Source of the DNA: a virus
IMG/VR virus record: IMGVR_UViG_3300038406_000196
Coordinates: 55,207-119,206 of that record
Strand: one strand, 5' to 3'
DNA length: 64,000 nucleotides
In this document: positions 1 to 8,319 of the stretch, piece by piece
How the letters are laid out: every line of letters begins with the position of its first letter
Position numbering within the stretch: position 1 is the stretch's first letter
The notes under the pieces: generated by a model
What the model saw: the letters and a program-made list of their open reading frames with translations, nothing else
The model's database searches: none
Told to the model about the DNA's origin: nothing
Program-made: the position numbers and the translations under genes

Positions 1-189
1 ATGAATGCGGCGGTTGCTGAGGATCAGTTGCGCGAGTTGGGGTTCACGCGTATCGAGTTCGGCTCGGTCGACGCCGCCGACACGGTGGTAATCGTGCCGA
101 GTAACTGGACGGTGGTGTCGGTGGAGCCCGAGCCCGGCAGCGAGATCAGCGCAGACTCACTCGTGGTGCTGACCTGCACAAAGCAGTAG
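1..189 (+). CDS. PASTA-domain-like protein, C-terminal part (truncated by window start)
   Basis: NAAVAEDQLRELGF...WTVVSVEPEPGSEISADSLVVLTCTK resembles a PASTA repeat; convergent with the integrase. Confidence 0.6.
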   Translation: MNAAVAEDQLRELGFTRIEFGSVDAADTVVIVPSNWTVVSVEPEPGSEISADSLVVLTCTKQ

Positions 190-195
190 GCGGCG

Positions 196-1641
196 TTACC
201 GCCCGCGCCACTCGATGGCGATCCGGTTGTCCACGGTGCCGTCGTAGGGTGGCTTGGCCCGGTGGACCACCACCTGCTTGACGAACATCCCCACGAACTC
301 CCGCCGCTCGCCGAGGTCCATCGCCGAGACCACCCGCGCGTCTGTGAGCACAGCCGGGTCGACATCCCCGACCGGCTGCGGTACCTCCGCCAGCTCACCC
401 CGGAGCCGGGCGTCGTCGGCGGCCAGGCTGTCGCGGGCGGTACGCCACTCGTCGTCGGTCAGGTCCCGGCGCCCCCACGCACCGGCCAGGGCTGTCCGGC
501 GCCGCTCGATCTCCGCCAGGTCGACGTTGATCTGGTCGCGCTGCTCCGCGTGGTCGTCGGAGGTGAACTGGGCCAGGAACTGCGGGTTCGCCAGCGCGGC
601 CATCAGCACGGCGAGGACGTGCCGTTCCGCCGGGCCGGCCATGATGCCGACGCAGCCGCGACCGCCGTACTTCACCCCGCAGACGTAGTACGGCACCTTC
701 GACCCGTCGCGGGCGGTCGGCCGCAGCGTGCCGACCATCCGGGCGCCACACACCCCGCATACCGAGAGCCCGCCGGTGAGGAGGTGCCGGCGGGCACTGC
801 GCCGGCCGGGCGCCGGCACCGGGTAGGCGCCGGCGAGACCGTTGACCACCCGGGCAGCGCCGAGCTTGGCGCAGACCGCCTTCCACGTCGCCTCGTCCAA
901 GATCCCGGACCAGTTGCCGGCTCCGACCACTGCGCCCTGATGCAGCCGCAGCCCGGCCACCGCCGGAGTGGTGACCATGTCCTTGATCGAGGTGCTGGTG
1001 AGTGCGCCGCCCCGGCTGCCGGTGACGCCGCGGCGGGCCAGGTCCCGCGCAACGTTGGTCAGCGACCAGCCGGCGAGCACGCGGTCGGCGACCTCGCAGA
1101 CCACGGCGGCCTGCTCAGGGTCGTGCGCGTAGGTCTTGACGCCGTCGACCACCACTCGGCGGAACCCGTACGGGCAGGTGGGCGGCGGGATGCCGGCGGC
1201 GGCGTTGCCGTCGAGCTTGTCGTGGACGCGCCTTTTCAGCTTCCGCACCTCCGCGGCCGCGATCACGGCCTTGATTCCGGCTACCTCGTCGACGACCCGC
1301 ACGATCCCGTCACGGTTGGTGTGGACCTCCTCGATGCCAGCGGCGTCCAGCTCGGCGGCGAGCGCGAACCAGCCGACCTCGGTACGCTCCAAGCGGGTCT
1401 GCTCAACGGTCCACAGCTGGGCGACGTGGCCGGCCCGGATCTGCTCGCGCAGCGCGTCGAACTGCGGCCGGGGTCCTCCGTTGGCGGCGGACAGTCCGGG
1501 GTCGGCGAACACGCGCACGGGCAGCCCTGGCCACCTGGCGGCGGCGTACTCGCGCCCCCATCGCTGCTGGCTGTCGACGCCCTCGTAGTTGCCGTCGGGC
1601 CGTGGGGACAGCCGGCAGTAGAGTGCTACGCACCTGGTCAT
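196..1641 (-). CDS. int: Large serine recombinase (phage integrase)
   Basis: N-terminal ALYCRLS catalytic motif, FADPGLSA and RPQFDAL motifs, PYGF recombinase domain, CGVCG...YYVC zinc ribbon, coiled coil. Confidence 0.95.
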   Translation of the reverse strand: MTRCVALYCRLSPRPDGNYEGVDSQQRWGREYAAARWPGLPVRVFADPGLSAANGGPRPQFDALREQIRAGHVAQLWTVEQTRLERTEVGWFALAAELDAAGIEEVHTNRDGIVRVVDEVAGIKAVIAAAEVRKLKRRVHDKLDGNAAAGIPPPTCPYGFRRVVVDGVKTYAHDPEQAAVVCEVADRVLAGWSLTNVARDLARRGVTGSRGGALTSTSIKDMVTTPAVAGLRLHQGAVVGAGNWSGILDEATWKAVCAKLGAARVVNGLAGAYPVPAPGRRSARRHLLTGGLSVCGVCGARMVGTLRPTARDGSKVPYYVCGVKYGGRGCVGIMAGPAERHVLAVLMAALANPQFLAQFTSDDHAEQRDQINVDLAEIERRRTALAGAWGRRDLTDDEWRTARDSLAADDARLRGELAEVPQPVGDVDPAVLTDARVVSAMDLGERREFVGMFVKQVVVHRAKPPYDGTVDNRIAIEWRGR

Positions 1642-1647
1642 CCGGGC

Positions 1648-1676
1648 AGCGTATCGGGCCGCTTATCACTTTACAA
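1648..1676 (-). promoter_or_regulatory. Probable leaderless int promoter
   Basis: TTGTAA-N17-TACGCT on the minus strand, 6 nt before the ATG. Confidence 0.5.
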
Positions 1677-1714
1677 GGAGCGTCGGTCCATGCGCCGTGC
1701 CAAGTGACAAGCGG
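1659..1714. other. Candidate attP of the serine integrase
   Basis: Imperfect inverted repeat ccgcttatcactt (1659-1671) / aagtgacaagcgg (1702-1714) with partial inner symmetry around GT at 1686-1687, immediately upstream of int. Confidence 0.65.
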
Positions 1715-1725
1715 TCGGACTATCT

Positions 1726-2163
1726 CTACCGCGGCCGGAGCTGGTGGACCTGCCCGCCGCGATGCCCGGTCGCTCGGGCCACGATCGCCTCGGCAGTAGC
1801 CGTCTGGTCCACCTTCTCCTGCAGGTCGTCAACTCGCTGCTCCATGCGGTCGAGCCGGTCGACCGCCACCTGCCCCACCAGGCCGGTCCGGGCTGACAGC
1901 TGCTCCAACAGCACGCCAACGCGACCGATCTCCTGCCGGAGGGTGGCATGTTCCTCCCGTATCGCGGCGACGACTTCAGCGGTGGCGAGCCGCAGCCGGC
2001 GGCCGGATGCCCGGTACCGCCAGGCGAACAGCCCAGTGACCGCGGCGGTGGCCAGCGAGGCGCTGGACGAACCGATCAGCAGCCCCCGGTCCCCGCCGGT
2101 CAACAGGTAGCCGCCAGCGAGCACCACGGCGGCGACAGCGAGGGCGACGGCGGTGGCGGTCAT
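1726..2163 (-). CDS. Membrane protein with C-terminal coiled coil
   Basis: Two hydrophobic helices followed by a heptad-rich tail; start codon uncertain. Confidence 0.55.
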   Translation of the reverse strand: MTATAVALAVAAVVLAGGYLLTGGDRGLLIGSSSASLATAAVTGLFAWRYRASGRRLRLATAEVVAAIREEHATLRQEIGRVGVLLEQLSARTGLVGQVAVDRLDRMEQRVDDLQEKVDQTATAEAIVARATGHRGGQVHQLRPR

Positions 2164-2829
2164 GACTCCGGCGCTGACCCGCCGGGGGCTGGGCGGCGGG
2201 TCGGGTTGCCGGGGCTTGTCGGGGGGGTGCTGCGGTGGGACGTGGATGGTCCGGAGCTGGATGGTCGGCCAGTCGTGGCTCCACACGGACGCTCGGCCGA
2301 CAGCTGGCCGTGTGGCGGTGGTGCGGTAGTGATGCATGGCGAAGCAGGCCCCCCACTGCTCGTGGTGATCTGGTCGCCGCCTCATGCTCATCCGCATCCG
2401 GGTTTCTCCCCCGAGACCCGGGTTGCTCGTGATTGCCCCATGCAGGGCGGTATCGCCGCATGCTACCCAGAGTTAGCTACATCACGCAATAGGAGCGATT
2501 GTCACCCGATCGGGTCATATCCGGACAGCCTGTGGTGGCCGTTGTACAGGCAGTAGCCGTATTGGCCGTTCGGTCGATGCCGGGCCACCGAACCAGCGGC
2601 CAAGAGTAGGGCCCACCCCCGGCAAAGCCCCAGACCCAGGGGGCAAACCAGAGCCGGGGTGGCCCGGGGGTGGGCCGCCTGTGCTCCGGCGCCGGAACCG
2701 GAGTCATCACGATCAACGACCCGCCGCCGCATCGGGCTATGGGTCTCCCGTCACACAACGGCTCGCCCGTGAAGATCAGCTTTGGGTGCGCCCGATTGCG
2801 ATCTTGACGGTCGCTCGTACCGTCCATAC

Positions 2830-3234
2830 GTGATCGACTCCGGCGACGACCCCGCCTACGTGCGGGTTGCTCGCATGCTGGAGTCGTGGATACGCGCCCG
2901 AGAACCCGGCTACGGACCCGGCTGGGTGCTGCCCACCGAAGACCGGCTCGCCCGGGAGCTTGGCCTCGGCCGCCGCACCGTAGGCGCCGCGTACCGGCTG
3001 CTGGCCAACATGGGCGTCCTGACGATCCGCTCCGGCTACGGTGCCACAGTGCGAGCGGAGCCCCAGCGGGAGATCATCACCGTGCCACCTGGCACTGTGG
3101 TCCACGCGCGGATGCCCACATTCGCCGAGTTGGACGAGTGGCAGCTTGATCCGGGCACTCCGGTGCTGGTCGTCGGCGAGGCGGTGTACCCGGCGGACAG
3201 GTTCGAGATCCGGTCGGACGACCCCGAGGGTTGA
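2830..3234 (+). CDS. GntR-family winged-helix regulator
   Basis: PAYVRVARML...LPTEDRLARELGLGRRTVGAAYRLLANMG...GYGATV. Confidence 0.85.
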   Translation: MIDSGDDPAYVRVARMLESWIRAREPGYGPGWVLPTEDRLARELGLGRRTVGAAYRLLANMGVLTIRSGYGATVRAEPQREIITVPPGTVVHARMPTFAELDEWQLDPGTPVLVVGEAVYPADRFEIRSDDPEG

Positions 3235-3259
3235 CAGCTCCGTAACTCTGTCCCATGAT
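3231..3259 (+). promoter_or_regulatory. HrdB/sigma70-like promoter
   Basis: TTGACA-N17-CATGAT upstream of the 3294 ORF. Confidence 0.5.
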
Positions 3260-3293
3260 GCGGGAGGTATCCGCGCAGCGTCCAACGGAAAGG

Positions 3294-3509
3294 ATGGACG
3301 TGGCGACACACCTCATGTGGCAACCAGGCCAGTTCAACGGACCCGCACCCCACACGCGGGGCCGGCTGGACCTCCAGGTGACGGCAGTCGGCGACCCGGT
3401 CAACGGCTGGGCGCCGGTGGAGGGCTGGTGGCATCCCGCAGACGAACCCGAGCCGATCCGGGCCACCGGGGTCTGGGTACGGGCCGAACTGCTGGACGAG
3501 GCGGGCTGA
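3294..3509 (+). CDS. Hypothetical protein
   Basis: RBS ggaaagg before ATG; high-GC codon pattern. Confidence 0.55.
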   Translation: MDVATHLMWQPGQFNGPAPHTRGRLDLQVTAVGDPVNGWAPVEGWWHPADEPEPIRATGVWVRAELLDEAG

Positions 3510-3523
3510 TCCGGGGAGTCAGC

Positions 3524-3687
3524 TCACGGGGCCGGGCTCGGCTGCGTGAGCTGGCACTCGATCTCCCGGCGCACCTGCCGTGCCTCGACGCGCCTGGCCT
3601 GCCGGCGGTTGCGGCCCTTGTCCGGGCAGTCCGGCCCCGGAGGGAGCTTGCACACCGGGCAGTGGGGCAGCCGAGCATGCGGGCCAT
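3524..3687 (-). pseudogene. Small Cys/Arg-rich ORF broken by an apparent 1-nt deletion
   Basis: MARMLG continues in another frame as LPHCPVCKLPPGPDCPDKGRNRRQARRVEARQVRREIEC; start-to-stop span is 164 nt. Confidence 0.4.
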
Positions 3688-3870
3688 GAGCCGGACGCTA
3701 CCCGGCGGGTACGACAGAGGCCGGGCGTACCTACACGCCGGACAGGCAGCGTGCAACGTCGGCTGATCGGACAATACCGGCGACGTGACCCGTGAGCGTA
3801 CTGTCCGGAGGTTCCTGCACGCCAGGGGCGTCACGGGGGATCAAGGTCAACTCAATCAAGGAGCGAGTTA

Positions 3871-4329
3871 GTGATCACCCGGAAATGGGGAGCCGCTGTC
3901 GTCCTGGGCCTCGCCGTTGGCGCGCTGGCGCTGGTGGCACCGGCCAACGCTGACCACAACCCGGCCGTCGGTGGCCAGTTCTGCGGCAACAGCCACGAAG
4001 GCGACGTCCACCAGTCCGAAGACGGCGACTGGTACGTGTGCGAGGAGCAGGGCGACGACACCCAGCCACGCTGGTACCCGACCTCCGAACCGGAGCCTGA
4101 GCCCACCGTCACCGCCGAACCCACGGAGGACCCGACCGAAGCACCGACGGAGGATCCCACCACGGCACCACCGGCCGACGACGAGGACCCGGCGGACGGC
4201 GACGCAGCCGGCCTGCCCGAAACCGGGGCGTCCACCGGTCTGATCGTCGGCGGCGCCGTGGCCCTGCTCGCGCTCGGTGGCGGCCTGTTCCTGGTGGCCC
4301 GCAAGCGGAGGCTCCGCTTCACCGCATAG
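3871..4329 (+). CDS. LPXTG cell-wall-anchored protein
   Basis: Signal peptide, PT/E-rich linker, LPETG followed by TM helix and RKRR tail. Confidence 0.9.
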   Translation: MITRKWGAAVVLGLAVGALALVAPANADHNPAVGGQFCGNSHEGDVHQSEDGDWYVCEEQGDDTQPRWYPTSEPEPEPTVTAEPTEDPTEAPTEDPTTAPPADDEDPADGDAAGLPETGASTGLIVGGAVALLALGGGLFLVARKRRLRFTA

Positions 4330-4342
4330 CCCCGATACGACG

Positions 4343-4382
4343 ACAGCGGCCCCGGACTCGCTATGGAGTCCGGGGCCGCTGT
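4343..4382. terminator. Bidirectional terminator hairpin
   Basis: Perfect 17-bp stem acagcggccccggactc/gagtccggggccgctgt between convergent genes. Confidence 0.8.
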
Positions 4383-4395
4383 GTTGTTGCTGCGG

Positions 4396-4620
4396 TCAGG
4401 CGACGGGCGTGGCGATGTCCACCCGCTGCCGCAGCTCGGCGTTGACTTGCTCCAGCAGGATCGTCATCAGCCACCCGGACGCCGCCGGCGGGGTATGTGC
4501 CCCGTCGGCGATGACGTGGAGGGTGCCAGCGGCGGCGTGCGGGGCGAGCTGGTCGAGCCCGTGGAGCAGGTTGCCGCGGATCGCGAGCAGGTCCTCCCGG
4601 TCGGCGTCAGCGAACCCCAT
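4396..4620 (-). CDS. Hypothetical protein
   Basis: Overlaps the end of the upstream gene; gaggtgg RBS. Confidence 0.5.
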   Translation of the reverse strand: MGFADADREDLLAIRGNLLHGLDQLAPHAAAGTLHVIADGAHTPPAASGWLMTILLEQVNAELRQRVDIATPVA

Positions 4621-5311
4621 CCAGCACCACCTCGCGCGGCAGGTGGGCGCGACGTACGGCCAGCAGCCACCGCTCCACGGCCGCCTCGTCCGGCCGGTCC
4701 GGCAGGACGCCCGGCTCGCGGTCGAACGCATCCTCGGCGTCCGCGAGCAGTGACCGAGCCACCTCAACGTCTCCACCGGCGACCCGCTGCCCGAAGTCGT
4801 GGTACCACCGCGGATCGTTGAGACACACTGTGAGTCGGCCGGTGCGGTGCAGCTCCAGCCCTTGATGGATCAACCTGGCAAGGTGTCTCGCGTGTTTTGC
4901 CGTCCGCTTCCGGGTGTCCGCGCTGAACGACCCGTCGCCGCGAGCCTCTAGCTTCCGGAACTGCTGTGTTGCGTACCCGAGGTGCGCGTCCTTCGTGCGG
5001 CCGGCCGAGTAGAACGCGGTACGGATCCTGATCAGCTCCTCGCCCCACTCGGTGCGCACCTCGTAGAGGGCTTCGGGAAGCCATAGGACCTCCGTGACCG
5101 TTGGGTTTCCGCCGAGCATGAGTGTGCACGCCTTGCGAGCCTCGTGGTAGGTCACATCGGGTTTGGTCGTCACGTGCGACTCGGCCGGGAAGTTCAGCCC
5201 GTGGAACGCCTCAGTGGGCGCGGCGAAGATTCCTAGCCTGTCCACGTCCGAGTCCGGGCCGGCCAGCCCGTAAGCGGTCGACCCGACGACACCCGACAGC
5301 AGCACGTGCAC
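4607..5311 (-). CDS. Pol-beta superfamily nucleotidyltransferase (RlaP/Nuc-transf-like)
   Basis: GSTAYGLAGPDSDVD motif, GNPTVTEVL, KHARHLARL. Confidence 0.85.
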   Translation of the reverse strand: MHVLLSGVVGSTAYGLAGPDSDVDRLGIFAAPTEAFHGLNFPAESHVTTKPDVTYHEARKACTLMLGGNPTVTEVLWLPEALYEVRTEWGEELIRIRTAFYSAGRTKDAHLGYATQQFRKLEARGDGSFSADTRKRTAKHARHLARLIHQGLELHRTGRLTVCLNDPRWYHDFGQRVAGGDVEVARSLLADAEDAFDREPGVLPDRPDEAAVERWLLAVRRAHLPREVVLDGVR

Positions 5312-5758
5312 CTAGAAAGCCCCCTCCGCGACTTGCAAGACGGTCAGGCCAAGCTCCCGCCTCCACATCGACACGACCTGATCCCGGTCGTCCAAGATCC
5401 ATGCGACGGCGTACCGGCCAGCGACGTGAGCCTCGTACAGCTCCCGCTTCACGATCGAGTCCTTCCGGTTGTCCCGCTCCGCCCGCATCCACAGCTCGTC
5501 GTACGGAACCTTGTGCTCGGCCAGCCACGCCTCCGTCTCCGGGCGGCACACCCCGTCGCGGCCGGACATGAGCACGATCCGGTGCCGGCCGGCGTCGGCG
5601 ACCAGCCGCACCAGCTCCACCACCGGCGGGTTCGGGGCGTCCTCCCCTACCCGTTGCCAGTCGTAGAACCGGCGCACACCCGGTCCGTCACCTCGGAGGG
5701 CCAGAGTGCCGTCGATGTCTACAAGGATGGCGCGGGGTAGGTCGGTCACGTCGTCCAT
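5312..5758 (-). CDS. HAD phosphatase, PseT/polynucleotide kinase C-terminal type
   Basis: DIDGTLA, SGR, MR...RKDSIVK, LDDRDQVVSMWR motifs. Confidence 0.9.
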   Translation of the reverse strand: MDDVTDLPRAILVDIDGTLALRGDGPGVRRFYDWQRVGEDAPNPPVVELVRLVADAGRHRIVLMSGRDGVCRPETEAWLAEHKVPYDELWMRAERDNRKDSIVKRELYEAHVAGRYAVAWILDDRDQVVSMWRRELGLTVLQVAEGAF

Positions 5759-5812
5759 GATGCGCTGGCGGTGCGACAGCCGGGTTGGTGATCCCCCCGC
5801 CCAGCCCCGCGC

Positions 5813-6013
5813 TCACTCCTCACCCCCGTTGGCTAGCCACTTGTCCAGGGTCGAACGCTTCCACACCGGCAGGGCGTGACCGCTGGCGAACTCCCGGCGG
5901 TCTGGCTCGGGTGCGCTGCCTCGGTAGGCGCGGGACCGCCACGTGTTGGGGTTCATGCCTACGTAGGCGGCGGCGGCATCGTTGCCCACGATCTCCTCGT
6001 CGTCGTCTGTCAC
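5813..6013 (-). CDS. AlpA/Xis-like HTH DNA-binding protein
   Basis: AAAYVGMNPNTWRS...APEPD...PVWKRSTLDKW. Confidence 0.75.
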   Translation of the reverse strand: MTDDDEEIVGNDAAAAYVGMNPNTWRSRAYRGSAPEPDRREFASGHALPVWKRSTLDKWLANGGEE

Positions 6014-6025
6014 GCCGACAGCATA

Positions 6026-6115
6026 GCAACACGTGTCGCACCCATGCAACGCGCGTTGTGGCGTCGGTCACATTCCCAATTCCAGCTTGCGCGATGCAAC
6101 GCGCGTTGCTATCGT
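6026..6115. promoter_or_regulatory. Three palindromic operators and a rightward early promoter
   Basis: GCAACACGTGTCGC 6026-6039, GCAACGCGCGTTGT 6046-6059, GCAACGCGCGTTGC 6096-6109; TTGCGC(6087)-N17-TATCGT(6110). Confidence 0.75.
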
Positions 6116-6134
6116 TGGTCTCACAAGCAGCACC

Positions 6135-6149
6135 GTACCTTGAGAACTC
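6135..6149 (+). promoter_or_regulatory. boxA-like antitermination element
   Basis: GTACCTTGAGAACTC shortly after the promoter resembles the TTGAGAAC core of actinobacterial rrn leader boxA. Confidence 0.5.
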
Positions 6150-6235
6150 CAAAGAGGGATCCAGGGGAGCCAGAGATCAGCCCCGGCCACCCCCCAGATC
6201 CAGCACCACCAACCCCGCCTCAACGGCGGGACAGA

Positions 6236-6444
6236 GATCCTGCAACCACGAAGTTGGCCGGACGGCCAGGCACTGGAGAAACGCGGCAGAGATGCCGCCG
6301 CACACGCCACCCATTGCGGTGGCCACCTGACGAGGGTAGTGCCGAGTAACCCGTCCGTCACGAGACCAGTACCCACCCGGGCCGCCGGGCAGGGCCTGCT
6401 CGGGAAGCGAGCGCCTCGCCGGCCAGCTACGTGGATGCAGGATC
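6236..6444 (+). ncRNA. Candidate structured leader RNA/ncRNA
   Basis: 26-bp closing stem (6236-6261 with 6419-6444) enclosing several hairpins including gcggca-GAGA-tgccgc; no convincing ORF. Confidence 0.55.
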
Positions 6445-6462
6445 AACGACAGGGAGCACGAC

Positions 6463-6684
6463 ATGAACGAGATCATCCCGACAGCCAACGTGCACGGCCT
6501 GGTCAGCCTGATGCGTGACGCAGGCGACGACGGCTCGCACACCCACCAGCCGGACCCGGCGGTCGCCAAGTGGAACCCGGACGCCCAGCCCTGCACACAC
6601 CCCGGCTGCCGGTGCCTGGTGCGGTGGCTGACTCGCGACGGCCAGGAATCCTGGCTGGCGGTAGCCACCCAGCGCAAAGCCTGA
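6463..6684 (+). CDS. Hypothetical early protein
   Basis: agggag RBS; CxxxxCxC motif. Confidence 0.55.
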   Translation: MNEIIPTANVHGLVSLMRDAGDDGSHTHQPDPAVAKWNPDAQPCTHPGCRCLVRWLTRDGQESWLAVATQRKA

Positions 6685-6829
6685 CCAGCCCGGTGATGCT
6701 TCGGAACCCCCGGAGCTTTGCCGAGTCGGCCAGTAACTGACACAGATTCGCCCCGACCCTCAGCCGACCACAGACGCGGCAGGGGGTCGGGTGCACAACC
6801 CCAGCAACGACAAGGGAACGGAGATCGAG

Positions 6830-6949
6830 ATGGACGAGTGCATCAAGCATGACCCGGTGGAGATCGACCGGGACGAGGACTCCGTTCACTGGCGGTGCGA
6901 CGAATGCGGCGCCGAGGACTGGGACGCCGTCGAGGATTGGGGCGCCTGA
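6830..6949 (+). CDS. Small acidic zinc-finger-like peptide (39 aa, not in the ORF track)
   Basis: MDECIKHD...WRCDECGAEDW; ggag RBS. Confidence 0.55.
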   Translation: MDECIKHDPVEIDRDEDSVHWRCDECGAEDWDAVEDWGA

Positions 6950-6996
6950 CCGGGCAGGCTACCCCGGCCTACCCGAACCCTACCGAAGGGACAGAC

Positions 6997-7110
6997 ATGA
7001 AACTCAAGCCGTTCGAGGACCGGACCGTGCGTATGCGGAAGCTCCGCAACCGGGTGCTCGTGATCGTGCTGGTGGCGGTCATCGTGCTGCTGGTGGTGGC
7101 CAACCGCTGA
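6997..7110 (+). CDS. Small membrane peptide
   Basis: gaaggga RBS; single C-terminal TM helix. Confidence 0.55.
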   Translation: MKLKPFEDRTVRMRKLRNRVLVIVLVAVIVLLVVANR

Positions 7111-7196
7111 CCGGACGACCACCGTCCGACCGAGTGACCGCCAGCCAGGCGGCGGTCCGGGCGGCGGCCGTCTGGCCCACGAGAGGAGATCACGAA

Positions 7197-7439
7197 ATGC
7201 TGGTCACCATCAGCACCACCCCCGACGGACGAATCACGGTCCACCGACGCGGCTGCGCGGACCTTGCACGCGAGCCGTTCGTGGCGCGGTGGGAGGCGGA
7301 TGTCTCAAGCCAGAGGGAGGCCGCGCTGAGCGTCTACCCACCCGCAGGCGACGACTACGACCCTGCGGGGCAGTGGGAGCAGTACGACGACCTTGACTTC
7401 AAGCCGTGCGTGAGGAGCCTTCCCCGCCAGGAGCCCTGA
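7197..7439 (+). CDS. Hypothetical early protein
   Basis: gaggag RBS; VHRRGCADL...KPCV. Confidence 0.65.
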   Translation: MLVTISTTPDGRITVHRRGCADLAREPFVARWEADVSSQREAALSVYPPAGDDYDPAGQWEQYDDLDFKPCVRSLPRQEP

Positions 7440-7576
7440 CGGGGACTCGGCGGGACGGGTCTTGTACCTGTCCTGGCCGTGGCCAATCAAGGGCCAACGC
7501 AAGAAGCCGGGGAGCGGGATTGCACCCCACTCCCCGGCCTGCATACCGATCGCCGTGATCGAGAAGGAGTCTACAG

Positions 7577-7735
7577 ATGTACGCGAGCACCAGCTACCAG
7601 CCGATGCGCACCGGCGTCCTGATCCCCCGGCAGCGGCCGGGCAAGCCCCGCGAGCTTGGGTGTGTCCACCCGCAGCGTCCCGGCCGCAGCAACGACCGGC
7701 GCAAGGCGATCGCCGAGTCCGCGGGCACCCGCTGA
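7577..7735 (+). CDS. Small basic hypothetical protein (not in the ORF track)
   Basis: gaaggag RBS; MYASTSYQPMRTGVLIPRQRPG. Confidence 0.55.
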   Translation: MYASTSYQPMRTGVLIPRQRPGKPRELGCVHPQRPGRSNDRRKAIAESAGTR

Positions 7736-7817
7736 TCCGGGCCGCTTCCGCGAGGGCCGAGCACACACGCTCGGTCTTGGCGGTGGCCACCCGGCCAAAT
7801 CGAGAACGGAGACGAGC

Positions 7818-8066
7818 ATGAGCGACACCAAGGACCGTGCCGTGCGGGCACTGATCGCCGACGCATGGCTCGGCGAGTGGGAACGGCCGGTAGACGGCCA
7901 CGACCTGAGCAACGCCGTGGCGCTGGTGCTGCGGACCATCCGCGACGACCTGGTGATGGCCGAGCAGCGCGGCGAGATCCGGCGCCTGTCCGACGTGGAA
8001 GAGGCGCTGAACGAGCGGATCTTCAACCTGACCGGCCGGCAGACCGTCACCGGCGACACGACCTGA
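7818..8066 (+). CDS. Hypothetical protein
   Basis: ggag RBS, codon pattern. Confidence 0.6.
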   Translation: MSDTKDRAVRALIADAWLGEWERPVDGHDLSNAVALVLRTIRDDLVMAEQRGEIRRLSDVEEALNERIFNLTGRQTVTGDTT

Positions 8067-8160
8067 CCGGACCGCTTCCGTCGAGACCGAGCCACCCTTG
8101 GTCGGTCCCGGCGGAAGATGCCCGGCAACCAACATCAACGATCTTGGAAGGACGGTCGTC

Positions 8161-8319
8161 ATGACCCAGATCTTGCGCGACCAGGGTCCACGTGCGGCCC
8201 TCGCCGCCATCCAGGCCCTGATCGGCGCGTTGGTCCCACCGTGGGAGCGGCCTGCCGTGGACCCGTGGTCGGACGGCGTGACGCTGATGTTCGGGGCGGT
8301 GCCGGCATGGCTGGCCTGA
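8161..8319 (+). CDS. Hypothetical protein
   Basis: ggaagga RBS. Confidence 0.45.
   Translation: MTQILRDQGPRAALAAIQALIGALVPPWERPAVDPWSDGVTLMFGAVPAWLA

Noticed and set aside
6278-6334. Type II hammerhead ribozyme (GAAA...CUGACGA)
   Set aside because: No GUH after stem III, extra linker bases, and no clear stem II; kept only as part of the structured RNA candidate.
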